Assembly (NCBI GenBank): GCA_001774395.1
Contig: MEZX01000002.1
Span: forward strand, 559,062 to 623,061
Origin: Candidatus Berkelbacteria bacterium RIFCSPLOWO2_01_FULL_50_28
GTDB taxonomy: Bacteria > Patescibacteriota > UBA1384 > 2-12-FULL-50-11
Reading direction: 5' to 3'
Length of the DNA stretch: 64,000 nt
Shown: piece after piece, positions 55,215 through 64,000 of the stretch
Numbering within the stretch: the first letter of the stretch is position 1
How the letters are laid out: every line of letters starts with the position of its first letter
Translations under genes and position numbers: made by a program
Notes under the pieces: model-generated
The model's input: only the letters and a program-made list of their open reading frames with translations
Databases searched by the model: none
Told to the model about the DNA's origin: nothing

Positions 55215-56009
55215 ATGTCGAACGATTCTATTATTTCTGTAAAAAAACTCCGTAAGGTTTACCCTGGTGGAACCGAGGCAGTACGCGGCATTTCTTTCAA
55301 CGTTAAGCGCGGCGAGTTTTTCGGATTTTTGGGCCCTAACGGCGCTGGCAAAACGACCACGATCAATATGCTGGTGAACCTGGTAAAGAAAACCAGCGGT
55401 GAGATAACGATCGACGGCCTGAAATTGGAAGACCATCTAGACGAAGTCTACAAACGGGTTGGCTTTGCGATGCAAGAAGTGGGTTTGGATGAAGTGGCCA
55501 CCGCCCGCGAGATGATGCAGTTGCACGGCCGGCTTTATCATATGCCCCCATTTGAGATTGATGCTCAGATCGCCAAACTCCTTAAATTAGTCGAGCTGGA
55601 AAAAGTCGCCGACAAGTTCACCTCAACCTATTCTGGTGGGATGCGTCGCCGCTTCGACCTGGCTCTGTCGTTGATTCACAAGCCCAAAATCCTCTTCTTG
55701 GACGAACCAACGCAAGGCCTTGACCCACACGCCCGCCAATTAATCTGGGCCCACTTGCGTCAACTCAATAAAGAAGGGATGACTATTTTCCTAACCACCC
55801 ACTTTATGGACGAGGCGGAAGCGCTCTGTGACCGAATCGAGATTATGGACAATGGCAAAATCGTCACCGAGGGCTCGCCCACCGAACTGATGAAGAAACA
55901 TAACGCCAAGAATATGGAAGAAGTTTTCCTGAAAACCACCGGCAGTAACTTGGGCGACGAAGAGGTTAATGCCAACGCTCCCGACCCATTTACGAGGGCA
56001 CGATCATGA
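55215..56009 (+). CDS. ABC-2 exporter ATP-binding protein
   Basis: GPNGAGKTT, YSGGMRRR, LDEPT; start placed at ATG 55215 after TTGAAC..TACAAT. Confidence 0.93.
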   Translation: MSNDSIISVKKLRKVYPGGTEAVRGISFNVKRGEFFGFLGPNGAGKTTTINMLVNLVKKTSGEITIDGLKLEDHLDEVYKRVGFAMQEVGLDEVATAREMMQLHGRLYHMPPFEIDAQIAKLLKLVELEKVADKFTSTYSGGMRRRFDLALSLIHKPKILFLDEPTQGLDPHARQLIWAHLRQLNKEGMTIFLTTHFMDEAEALCDRIEIMDNGKIVTEGSPTELMKKHNAKNMEEVFLKTTGSNLGDEEVNANAPDPFTRARS

Positions 56010-56773
56010 ATACATTTTTCAGCGACTGGTATTACCTTTCAATCCGCAACATCAAATTAATCTGGCGACCGCTCTTGGCGCTTTTGCCACCGTTCTTTAT
56101 GCCGATTTTCTTTTTCGCTGTTAACTCGTTGTCGCTTTCGGCTTTAGCAAAAGTCCCCGGTTTCCCGGATGTTTCCTATAAAGATTTTATTGCGCCGGTA
56201 GCAATCTTTACCGCAATTTTCTTCTCGGCTGGTAACGCCGGCATCGAATTGGTTCAAGATATCCAAAGCGGTTATTTCAAGAAACTGATCATAATGCCAA
56301 TCAACCGCTTGGCGATCGTGTTAGCCAAACTGACTGAAATTGCCGTTCAATCTCTTGGTCAAGGGATCATTATGCTAACCCTGCTCTTACTTTGGGGCGT
56401 TAAAATTCAATCCGGCTTCTTGGGAGTCTTAGCGATATTCGCTATTCTAATAATTTTCGCTATGGCCTGGAGCTGTATTGGCATGATCTCGGCCTTGCGC
56501 ACCCAAAATGCCCGGCTGGTTCAATCGCTCTTTATTCTCGTCTTCCCGCTCTTATACCTAACAACTTCACAAACGCCGCGAGCGTTACTGCCGTCGACAT
56601 TTGCCACGATTACCGACTATAACCCCGTGACTCATATCATTGAAGGTATCCGGGCGCTGGTCTTAGACGGCTGGGGCAGCCCAGACATCGGCTACGCCTT
56701 CTTGGCCGCCGGTGGGATGTTTGTGGTCTTCGTCACTTTCACCATGCTCTCCTTCCGCAAAGCCCTGAAGTAA
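56006..56773 (+). CDS. ABC-2 type permease
   Basis: Multiple TM segments, YNPVTHIIEGIR; ATGA overlap with the ATPase gene. Confidence 0.92.
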   Translation: MNTFFSDWYYLSIRNIKLIWRPLLALLPPFFMPIFFFAVNSLSLSALAKVPGFPDVSYKDFIAPVAIFTAIFFSAGNAGIELVQDIQSGYFKKLIIMPINRLAIVLAKLTEIAVQSLGQGIIMLTLLLLWGVKIQSGFLGVLAIFAILIIFAMAWSCIGMISALRTQNARLVQSLFILVFPLLYLTTSQTPRALLPSTFATITDYNPVTHIIEGIRALVLDGWGSPDIGYAFLAAGGMFVVFVTFTMLSFRKALK

Positions 56774-57002
56774 TTTCTAGCCTGCGGCCCAGGCTTCCGA
56801 GCGGCCTCCAGCCGCTGTTTTATGCGAGGACCAGGGGGCCTAGTTGCCATTCGACTTTGCTCATGGTGCTGAGCCCTGTCGAAGCACGAGGCGGCCCCCT
56901 AGCCCCTCGCGCTCCCTACCCCCGCACGCTCGCCCCAGGCGGGTGGAGAAAATTCGCCTCTCTTCCGGAAGGTTCACGGAGCGAATCGGCAAATTTTCGG
57001 TA
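56774..57002. repeat. Structured dispersed repeat, copy 2, with a nested 40-nt insert
   Basis: Inverted homologue of 2105-2270; extra CCATTCGACTTTGCTCATGGTGCTGAGCCCTGTCGAAGCA. Confidence 0.85.
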
Positions 57003-57048
57003 GTTATTATTCAATTAAGCCTAGCTATCAGGTAAAATATTAGGAGCT

Positions 57049-57121
57049 GCCACCTTAGCTCATTTGGTAGAGCGATACTTTCGTAAAGTATAGGCGCCGG
57101 GTTCGAAACCCGGAGGTGGCT
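57049..57121 (+). tRNA. tRNA-Thr (CGT), CCA not encoded
   Basis: GCCACCT/AGGTGGC acceptor stem, ATACT-TTCGTAA-AGTAT anticodon arm, CCGGG-TTCGAAA-CCCGG T arm. Confidence 0.95.
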
Positions 57122-57124
57122 CAA

Positions 57125-57607
57125 ATGAGCAATATTTTTCGCGGCCAAGAAGGTGCGCCTTATCACTTGAGTGTTGGTGCAGTTGTCGTAAACGACGAAG
57201 GTCTAATTGCTTGTCGTCATCACCAACACGACGAGCATAATCGCCCCGTCGACGCTTTCCTTCTGATGCGTGAGACGATAGAACCAGGTGAAACAATTGA
57301 AAACGCTGTCGCACGGGGTCTAAAAGAAGAGTTCGGGCTTGTGGCCAAAATCACACAGTTCCTTGGACCTGTGGTTAGCCACTACGGCTACAAAAACTTT
57401 ACCGTAGAAAAGACAACTTTGTTCTTTCTCTGCCGGTTTACGAAACTAGTCGAGCTAAAGGAAAATGACTTCGAGAGTAGCGGTAATCTAGAGTGGCACG
57501 ATCTCGACCTCTTAATTGAAAAACAGCATGCCCAAGCCAAGCATTTGAGTCGAGACGATATCGACGACTCGTTAGCGCTTAAACGAGCCAAAGAGATCCT
57601 CGGGTAA
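57125..57607 (+). CDS. NUDIX hydrolase (variant Nudix box)
   Basis: SVGAVV; ETIEPGETIENAVARGLKEEFG. Confidence 0.85.
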   Translation: MSNIFRGQEGAPYHLSVGAVVVNDEGLIACRHHQHDEHNRPVDAFLLMRETIEPGETIENAVARGLKEEFGLVAKITQFLGPVVSHYGYKNFTVEKTTLFFLCRFTKLVELKENDFESSGNLEWHDLDLLIEKQHAQAKHLSRDDIDDSLALKRAKEILG

Positions 57608-57835
57608 GGGGAATTCGCCAGCGCCAGAGTGTACGTTAGCGAATTTGGGTCGGAGCTCTAAGAGCCTTTTTAGTAGCTCCCGAAGCTGGGAAAGCCGGAT
57701 TCTGATCTCGTGATGATCGGCCGGGTTCTCACTAAGACCTAGGCGGTGCTCATACTCGGCGATGTTTTGGATCAACCAACGAATAAGTGCCAGGAGTGAC
57801 CCAGCACCATCGACGATGTCGATAATCTGGGACAT
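57572..57835 (-). CDS. Helical hypothetical protein (87 aa)
   Basis: TAGAAT -10 box and GGAGGAG SD before ATG; overlaps the NUDIX 3' end by 36 nt. Confidence 0.5.
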   Translation of the reverse strand: MSQIIDIVDGAGSLLALIRWLIQNIAEYEHRLGLSENPADHHEIRIRLSQLRELLKRLLELRPKFANVHSGAGEFPLPEDLFGSFKR

Positions 57836-57902
57836 AAGAACTCCTCCAAATATATTCTAACTTGACCTTTAGTTTACTAACAAGGGTTTACTCGGGTTTT
57901 TC

Positions 57903-57950
57903 GGCCCCTCGACTTCCTTCGACTTCACTCAGGACAAGTCGCTCGGGGTC
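57903..57950. repeat. Nested pair of CTTCGACTTCGCTC-family hairpins
   Basis: CCCCTCGACT[TCCTTCGACTTCACTCAGGACAAG]TCGCTCGGGG. Confidence 0.75.
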
Positions 57951-57959
57951 GCCCTGACC

Positions 57960-58670
57960 CTATGGAAGGGCGGCAGGAGATTCGACGGCAGGAGCTTCAC
58001 CCTCAGCAGGAGTTGCTTCGCCTTCTGCGGCAGGAGCTTCTTCGCCAAGAGCGCTGACAGCGGCAACTTCGGCGGCTTTGTCTTCGGCTAGTTCGGCTTC
58101 TAACTCTTCTTCACTTCGTGGTGCCGATACCAAAGCGACCGTCTCTTCCATTTCATCTTGGATTTGGACGGTTTCCGGCACTTTGATATCGCCAACTTTA
58201 ATTGAATCGTCGAAGGTTTTCAAAATTGAGATATCGACTTCGACATTCGGAATTAGGTTGCCCGGCAAACAGCGGATCGTCAGCTCGTCGCGGTTAGCAA
58301 TAAAATTACCTTCGAGTTCGTCAACGGCCGGTGAGATACCAACGAAAATTATTGGAATTGTTGTTTCGATCTCTTCGTCCATTTTCACCGCGTAAAAATC
58401 GGCGTGAATTGGGCTATTAGTCAAAGGATGGACTTGCGGCTCGTGAATTAAAACTTTCATTGGCTTCTTGTCTCCGACCGTTAAGTCGACTAAAGCGCTT
58501 GTGCCAGCCTCACGAAAAATCTTGTCAAATTCTTTTTGGTCAATTGTAATTGGCTCTGGTTTGTCCAAATGTCCGTACACGACAGCAGGAAGTCCTCCTT
58601 TTTGGCGGATTGATTTGACTTTCTTACCTGTTATTTCACGCGTTGTGGCGTTTAGAATTATTTGTTTCAT
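57960..58670 (-). CDS. rplY: 50S ribosomal protein L25 (long CTC form)
   Basis: GGLPAVVYGH, PIHADFY, acidic tail. Confidence 0.95.
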   Translation of the reverse strand: MKQIILNATTREITGKKVKSIRQKGGLPAVVYGHLDKPEPITIDQKEFDKIFREAGTSALVDLTVGDKKPMKVLIHEPQVHPLTNSPIHADFYAVKMDEEIETTIPIIFVGISPAVDELEGNFIANRDELTIRCLPGNLIPNVEVDISILKTFDDSIKVGDIKVPETVQIQDEMEETVALVSAPRSEEELEAELAEDKAAEVAAVSALGEEAPAAEGEATPAEGEAPAVESPAALP

Positions 58671-58954
58671 TACTTTGTGTTTTGTTGTAGCGAATCCGTC
58701 AGGTCGTCAATCTCGCTAAAGACCTGCTTCATCTCGGCTTTGGTAATCTTACCTACCCGACTTGCTTCCTTGAGGGTTATCGGCACCAAGAGTATCACCG
58801 GAAAGTGACCTCGGCTACAAGTGACCGAAATTTCAAACGAGTTAGATTTACCAAAAGAACGTAGATGGATATCGCGCAGCTCGAAGGTCCGGCCACAGAT
58901 CGGACAGGTTAGCTCTTGCTGGGCTTGCCTAATCTCATCCTGAAGGGAACGCAT
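58670..58954 (-). CDS. Small putative Zn-binding protein
   Basis: CPIC...CSRGH; TAATG coupling to rplY. Confidence 0.7.
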   Translation of the reverse strand: MRSLQDEIRQAQQELTCPICGRTFELRDIHLRSFGKSNSFEISVTCSRGHFPVILLVPITLKEASRVGKITKAEMKQVFSEIDDLTDSLQQNTK

Positions 58955-59001
58955 CGTGTATAAATTTTACCTCTGACTGTGTACTGATGTCAACCTGTTA
59001 G

Positions 59002-59640
59002 TCAGATCTCTTGGCGCTGCGAGCGACGCCATTTGGTAATCTCGGCGTGATGACCCGACAGCAGCACCTCGGGAACGGTCATACCGCGGTATTTTTCCGG
59101 GCGTGTAAATTGCGGATAGTCGGAAAGATTATCTTCGAATGTTTCATCTTTAAGAGACTCCTGATTTCCCAAAACCCCAGGAATAAGACGGGTAAGCGCA
59201 TCGATAATTACCAATGCCGGAAGCTCACCGCCGCTCAAGACGTACGGACCGATCGATACCTTCTGATCGATATATTTTTCAATCCTGGCATCAAACCCTT
59301 CGTAGCGGCCGCAGAGTAGTATGAGTTTCTTTTTTTGTGAAAGCTCCTTGACGAGGCCCTGGTCTAGTTGATCCCCGTCTGGCGAGAGCATAATTCGGTG
59401 CGCTCTGTGAGTATGATCGATTGCAGATAGCGCGGCATGAGCGACATCAACTCGCATCACCATACCTGGTCCACCGCCGTACGGTGTGTCGTCCACCGTA
59501 CCGTGACGATCGATCGCCCAGCTGCGCAGCTGGTGAGCACGAATATCAACTAGTCCGGCTTTCTGCGCCCGAGCTGGAATTGAGTGTGATAGCGCCTGCT
59601 CGATCATCTCGGGAAATAACGTCAGAACATCGATTGTCAT
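59002..59640 (-). CDS. trmD: tRNA (guanine-N1)-methyltransferase
   Basis: VDDTPYGGGPGM, CGRYEG, SIGPYVLSGGE. Confidence 0.97.
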   Translation of the reverse strand: MTIDVLTLFPEMIEQALSHSIPARAQKAGLVDIRAHQLRSWAIDRHGTVDDTPYGGGPGMVMRVDVAHAALSAIDHTHRAHRIMLSPDGDQLDQGLVKELSQKKKLILLCGRYEGFDARIEKYIDQKVSIGPYVLSGGELPALVIIDALTRLIPGVLGNQESLKDETFEDNLSDYPQFTRPEKYRGMTVPEVLLSGHHAEITKWRRSQRQEI

Positions 59641-59660
59641 CACCTCATTCTAACAAAATC

Positions 59661-59695
59661 CAAAAAACGGCCGCTAATGGCCGCCCGTTTTTTGG
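59661..59695 (-). terminator. Terminator after khpA
   Basis: CAAAAAACGG/CCGTTTTTTG stem. Confidence 0.6.
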
Positions 59696-59708
59696 AATTC
59701 GTTAGATA

Positions 59709-60125
59709 CTAAATTACGCCGGTAGCAGTTTCTTCCGCGGGTTCAGGCTTGGCGGGATCTTCCGCTTTCTCAATTTTCTCTACTTTCTCTACTTTCTCCG
59801 ACTTTTCAACAATCGCCGGCTTCTCTTCGCTCACTTCAGTTTGGCCTTCCGACATCTCACTGGAAGTTCCTTCGGGGTCAACTATTTTTAAGTTGATTCG
59901 GGCGTCGTTGCGGGCACCAAATACGCGCAACAGCGAACGGATCGCTTTAGCGGTGCGGCCTTCACGACCGATTACTTTACCCATATCGGCGCGATTAACA
60001 GTAAGTTGGATGAGGACGCCTCGCTCATCGAGCGTGCGGCTCGTCACCACTTCTTCCGGATTATCAACCAACGCTTTAACAATGTTTTCTACGAATTCTT
60101 GATCGGTTATTTCTTGTGCAGTCAT
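59709..60125 (-). CDS. khpA: KH-domain RNA-binding protein with an acidic tail
   Basis: IVKALVDNPEEV, DMGKVIGREGRTAKAIR. Confidence 0.92.
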   Translation of the reverse strand: MTAQEITDQEFVENIVKALVDNPEEVVTSRTLDERGVLIQLTVNRADMGKVIGREGRTAKAIRSLLRVFGARNDARINLKIVDPEGTSSEMSEGQTEVSEEKPAIVEKSEKVEKVEKIEKAEDPAKPEPAEETATGVI

Positions 60126-60253
60126 TTTCATCCTTTCATATCAGTTTCAGCAGTTCGACACGGGTTTCAGACATCGTGCTCACTGCGTTGTAGCAGTTCG
60201 ACCTTCTTTCTGCGCCTGACATATTTTTAACAAATTCTCCCTGGGGTGTAAAG

Positions 60254-60913
60254 CTACACCTGTTTTTTCACCTCTAAAAAGAAAGGATATTTATTGGAAC
60301 TTACCGCTCGGAACACTTCAGCGAACCCAGGGAAAAACCGTTTAACACTAACGGCACGGATTTCCTCCCAAAAAAACTGGCCGGACGCCGATCGACTCAC
60401 CAACTCGCCAGAGTAGTTTTGAGCCAGAAAAACATGAAAGAGCATATGGCTGATCAGCTCCTTGTTTTTGTAGGTAATCACATATGCTTCACCGATGTGT
60501 GCAAGTGTCGCACTAAGGCCGGTCTTTTCTTTCAACTCTCGTTTGGCGGCTTGCTCTATAGTTTCTCCTAGATGAATTTTTCCGTAGGGAAAACCCTCCA
60601 GGCCGAGAAACGGCTCTTTAGTTCGTTTGTAGAGCAACCACTGCCCTAGATCATTCTGACAGGCTATGAGCGTGACAATCTTCGGCTGGATTCGCGGCTG
60701 CTCGGTAGTGGAGCTGAGCTGTCCAACGTATCGCAGTCCCGAAGCGGTCAGTCGGTATAATTTATCTTTATGGTCGATGAGGTTTTCTTTCAACAAATGG
60801 TTCAAGTGATAGGCAAAAAGATTGCCCTCGACGTCTTGCGGTTTAATGTCGCGGTAGCGGCTCGACCCAAGAGTGGCCAGGCGCGCCAGGACATATTGCT
60901 GAATGTGATGCAT
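60254..60913 (-). CDS. wHTH-NUDIX domain protein
   Basis: N-terminal NLFAYHLNHL wHTH-like segment; GKIHLGETIEQAAKRELKEKTG. Confidence 0.85.
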   Translation of the reverse strand: MHHIQQYVLARLATLGSSRYRDIKPQDVEGNLFAYHLNHLLKENLIDHKDKLYRLTASGLRYVGQLSSTTEQPRIQPKIVTLIACQNDLGQWLLYKRTKEPFLGLEGFPYGKIHLGETIEQAAKRELKEKTGLSATLAHIGEAYVITYKNKELISHMLFHVFLAQNYSGELVSRSASGQFFWEEIRAVSVKRFFPGFAEVFRAVSSNKYPFFLEVKKQV

Positions 60914-61031
60914 AACCGGAACTTAACAGTCGAGGATTATTGAGTCAAATATCCTAGACTTGAACCTGTCAGTAGACGCCAGTAGTTTGGTGATGTCTGT
61001 GAAAGCGGACGTTAACAAACGGAGGCAAGCA

Positions 61032-61859
61032 ATGGCAACAACAATCTTGACCGCCAAAAAGGCGGCTCGCGAGCACCGCGGAAGAGTTCTATCGTCGTTT
61101 TTTCAACAACGGCTGCCCGACGGCCAGAAAACAACAAACATCTCCCTTTCGGCGATAAGGGGGTGGGAAGCCGACCTGAACTGCCAACGCCGGGCCATTC
61201 TATCCACGCTGGATAACTTGCTACCAATTGAGGGCGGGCGCAGAGAGCCGCTGCAAGAGCATCTCGAAGCGATAGACGGTCTGCTTAACGCCCTCAAGCC
61301 GAGAAGTCACCGCTACCCGATCTTGAGCATTGAGCCGCTGAAGTGGCGAGACCGAGTTGGCTACCCAAAGCTCGTCATTATGGCTCTCAACCAGCCGGGG
61401 TATGTGGAGATTGCAGCTGAGAACAACGGCAGCAGACGAGGCTGGCATTACTTACCGCTTGGCAGTGGCATGGGCTACGAGGGAGTAATGAAGAACGTCG
61501 TCAACCGCTGCTACCGGGACGTCGGGGCGAAGTTGCAAGCTAAGTGCAATGAGGTCGTAACAGTTGGCGGAAACTACAACCGTCACTTCATCCGCATGGA
61601 ATTGGGTGAGCTTCTGATTCCGACCAAAACCCGGAAGAAAATTGCTAAGGCAAGAGAGTTCTTTGGCGATCAGCTCTTTCTTGTTGCCGAGGCTGGCAAG
61701 TGGGTTGAGGGCCGGGTGACTCTGCCCAAACCCGATCCACTCATCGTCGGTTACGAGGATGGTCTGCTCTTTCTGATTGATGTTTTCGATCTGAAGCGGA
61801 TTGAAGATATCGCCCGGAGTGAGTTCGTCGTCCCCCAGCCAAGCCTCCCCCTCCCCTGA
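61032..61859 (+). CDS. Hypothetical protein (275 aa)
   Basis: GGAGG SD before ATG 61032; C-terminal DPLIVGY..LLFLIDVFD motif; terminator follows. Confidence 0.7.
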   Translation: MATTILTAKKAAREHRGRVLSSFFQQRLPDGQKTTNISLSAIRGWEADLNCQRRAILSTLDNLLPIEGGRREPLQEHLEAIDGLLNALKPRSHRYPILSIEPLKWRDRVGYPKLVIMALNQPGYVEIAAENNGSRRGWHYLPLGSGMGYEGVMKNVVNRCYRDVGAKLQAKCNEVVTVGGNYNRHFIRMELGELLIPTKTRKKIAKAREFFGDQLFLVAEAGKWVEGRVTLPKPDPLIVGYEDGLLFLIDVFDLKRIEDIARSEFVVPQPSLPLP

Positions 61860-61880
61860 ATGCCCCCATCCCAAAAGCCC

Positions 61881-61916
61881 AATTGTGGCGGCAGTAATGT
61901 CGCCACAATTTTTTTT
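61881..61916 (+). terminator. Rho-independent terminator
   Basis: AATTGTGGCG/CGCCACAATT plus T-run. Confidence 0.75.
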
Positions 61917-64000
61917 ATAACGAGTTTATGGTCAGTTTTGTGCCAGGAGCTGGCTGCTGGGCAATAATTTCACGGGCGATAACTGTTTCTAGATCGCTCT
62001 GCATCACCCTCTGTAGGGCTCGGGCGCCAAACACCGGATCGTAGCCGCGCCGGGCAAGCTCGTCTACAACCGTCCTTCCCAACTCAAGGTGCAGTCCTTT
62101 TTGTTGCATTAGCCGCGCCTCAAGCATTTTTAGCTGTAACCCAACAACCTGCTTCATCTCTTCCATTGAAAGCGGGGTGTATACGATCACTGCGTCAAAA
62201 CGATTCAAGAATTCTGGCAAGTAAACTCGCTCAGTAATTAGTTTATCGAGCAGTTGCTTCTCGATCGCGGACGTCGCGTTGCCTTTTTCTATCTGACTTT
62301 TAATGAAATCCGAACCGGCGTTTGAAGTGGCAACAACAATGACGTTGGTAAAATCGAGCAGTTTGCCGTAGTTGGTCGTTAGCCGTCCCTCGTCCAGAAG
62401 CTGTAGCAAAACGTTCTTAACTTGGTCGCTAGATTTCTCAATCTCATCCAAGAGCAAGACGGCCGAGGGATGAGATTGAACTGCAACTGTCAGGGCACCC
62501 GGTTGTTTTACCGCATCAACTCCCAACAATTTTTCGAGCCCGTTTTGGTCAGCATACTCGGTCATATCCAGCCGCAAGAGCTGCTCGGCGGAACCGAAGT
62601 ATATTTGAGCGAGGGCTTTGGCAGTTTCAGTCTTCCCCACGCCAGTCGGCCCAAGGAAAAGAAACGAACCGATCGGTTTGGTGCCTGTGGTAAGGCCAGC
62701 TCTAGCGCGCAGTAAGGCATCACCAAGTTTTTTCAACGCCGCCTCCTGCCCCACCACCCGCTCGTGCAGTTTCGCCGTCAGGTTAAGCAGGGTATCTCTT
62801 TCGGCCTCCCCAACTTTAATCGGTACTTTTACTTTTTTCTCCACTACTTCGCGGACGTCGTCTGCGTCGATATAGCCGTGCCCTGCTTTGGAAACCGCAG
62901 CGGCTACCTCTTCGGCTAAATTCAATTCTCGTCGCGGCGAAGCCTGGTCTTTGATATATCGCTGCGATAGTTCAGAAAGTTGTTTCAAGGCCGGAGCGGA
63001 AAACATTACCTGGTAGCGATTCTCCGTCTCAACAATCTGCGACAAGATAATCGAAAAAAGCTCGTCGGCGTTAGGCGGCGGCACTTCAATAGACGTAAAT
63101 TTATCGCGCAACAGGGCGTTAGAACGTACTAACTGGGTATAACTCTCCTGGTTCATTGTTCCAACGAGCTGTACTCGCTTGTCGCTAGCAAAGTTCTCCA
63201 GTAGATTGGCGGCGTCCACCGAACCTAATCCACCCGAAGGATCGAGCAGCAGATCCAGATTTTTCACAAACAGAATGACGTTGCCGGCTCGTACGATATC
63301 TTCAAACAGACGAGAGAATAGCGCCTGAAGTTCGTTGGCGTTGTGGCTTGAAGAGAGTAGATTTTGATCATCCAGAACACGCACCTGCTGCCCATCGAGG
63401 CGAGTCTTAGTTTGGTAGTTCAAAACCCTGCCTGCCACGTGAAGAAAAATCTCTTGCTTCCCTGAGCCCGGCTCGCCAACAAGTAGAACGTTGTGGCCGT
63501 TGGCTTTATTCAAAGTTAGAATTGTTTGGGCAACCACTTCTTCACGAGAGTAGATCGGATAAAAGTCGTTGCGGTACGCAATGCTCGCATGTAGTGGGTA
63601 GGCTAAGCTGTCGAGCAGTGTGGTGTAGGCGATCGACCACGAGGCGGCGAACCCGCCACTGCGGCTGCGATCGGCCAGACGCGCCGTTTTGGAGCGGTTT
63701 GTCTGTTGGTAACGATGGCGATAGAACTCCAGCAAACTAGCCAGGCTTTTCTCATCAATCTGTTGGTGGGTTAATAGCTCCTTAACCCCCTTAACTTCAA
63801 ACAAAACCTGAGCCAGGTCGAACGCCGAAGCCAAAGTTTTTTGTTTGGTAAACGTCTCTGCTCCTATTTTGGATACGGTGCTACTGATAAATTCCTCGAT
63901 ATTTTCATTGCCCGTTGGCAACTGCCTTACAGTTTCATCACTTAGTCCTAATCGATAAAATACCATTCCTAATTGGCGGCTTTTTACCGCCGAGAGCATG
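61915..64000 (-). CDS. ClpA/ClpB-like double AAA+ ATPase (5' end probably outside the window)
   Basis: GEPGSGK; FLGPTGVGKTE, LLDEIEK, PEFLNR, GARAL. Confidence 0.9.
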   Translation of the reverse strand, partial: MLSAVKSRQLGMVFYRLGLSDETVRQLPTGNENIEEFISSTVSKIGAETFTKQKTLASAFDLAQVLFEVKGVKELLTHQQIDEKSLASLLEFYRHRYQQTNRSKTARLADRSRSGGFAASWSIAYTTLLDSLAYPLHASIAYRNDFYPIYSREEVVAQTILTLNKANGHNVLLVGEPGSGKQEIFLHVAGRVLNYQTKTRLDGQQVRVLDDQNLLSSSHNANELQALFSRLFEDIVRAGNVILFVKNLDLLLDPSGGLGSVDAANLLENFASDKRVQLVGTMNQESYTQLVRSNALLRDKFTSIEVPPPNADELFSIILSQIVETENRYQVMFSAPALKQLSELSQRYIKDQASPRRELNLAEEVAAAVSKAGHGYIDADDVREVVEKKVKVPIKVGEAERDTLLNLTAKLHERVVGQEAALKKLGDALLRARAGLTTGTKPIGSFLFLGPTGVGKTETAKALAQIYFGSAEQLLRLDMTEYADQNGLEKLLGVDAVKQPGALTVAVQSHPSAVLLLDEIEKSSDQVKNVLLQLLDEGRLTTNYGKLLDFTNVIVVATSNAGSDFIKSQIEKGNATSAIEKQLLDKLITERVYLPEFLNRFDAVIVYTPLSMEEMKQVVGLQLKMLEARLMQQKGLHLELGRTVVDELARRGYDPVFGARALQRVMQSDLETVIAREIIAQQPAPGTKLTINSL

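Noticed and set aside
53411-57121. Integrated island or prophage bounded by tRNA att sites
   Set aside because: No integrase or phage genes; the duplicates are only ~58 nt apart.
60238-60262. Third copy of the RAYT-flanking palindrome (CCCTGGGGTGTA..TACACC)
   Set aside because: The match is short and could be chance.

Overview
This 64 kb window is from a small-genome bacterium using translation table 11 (TGA is a stop). It is most likely Patescibacteria/CPR, inferred from compact RpoB/RpoC/IF2, a split transketolase in a minimal sugar cluster and many apparently leaderless genes. Core content: rpoB-rpoC-rpsL-rpsG-fusA-tuf-rpsJ, obgE, gyrB-gyrA-infB, uvrB/uvrA/uvrC, prs, nfo, sod, iscS, ldh-rpiB-rpe-tkt-tkt-fba and gap, an ABC-2 exporter, rplY, trmD, khpA, a Clp-like ATPase, tRNA-Gly(CCC) and tRNA-Thr(CGT). 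Four layers stand out. (1) A set of small palindromic repeats: a REP-flanked HUH (RAYT-type) transposase; a CCCTTCGACTTCGCTCAGGG hairpin inserted in frame into uvrC and uvrA and nested in other hairpins; a ~170-230 bp structured repeat present twice; a CRISPR-like but cas-free five-unit array; and tandem copies of a tRNA 3' end. (2) About a dozen single-gene units with their own sigma70 promoter, Shine-Dalgarno site and often a terminator, wedged between core genes. They include an SPP/presenilin-like protease, a free RNAP alpha-CTD and degenerate Tmk- and PyrE-like proteins. (3) A surface-protein locus with a fused and a split paralogue. (4) A CdaA-TM/CdaR fusion without a cyclase domain that probably starts at ATA. 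All calls come from reading the sequence and motifs; no database searches were run.
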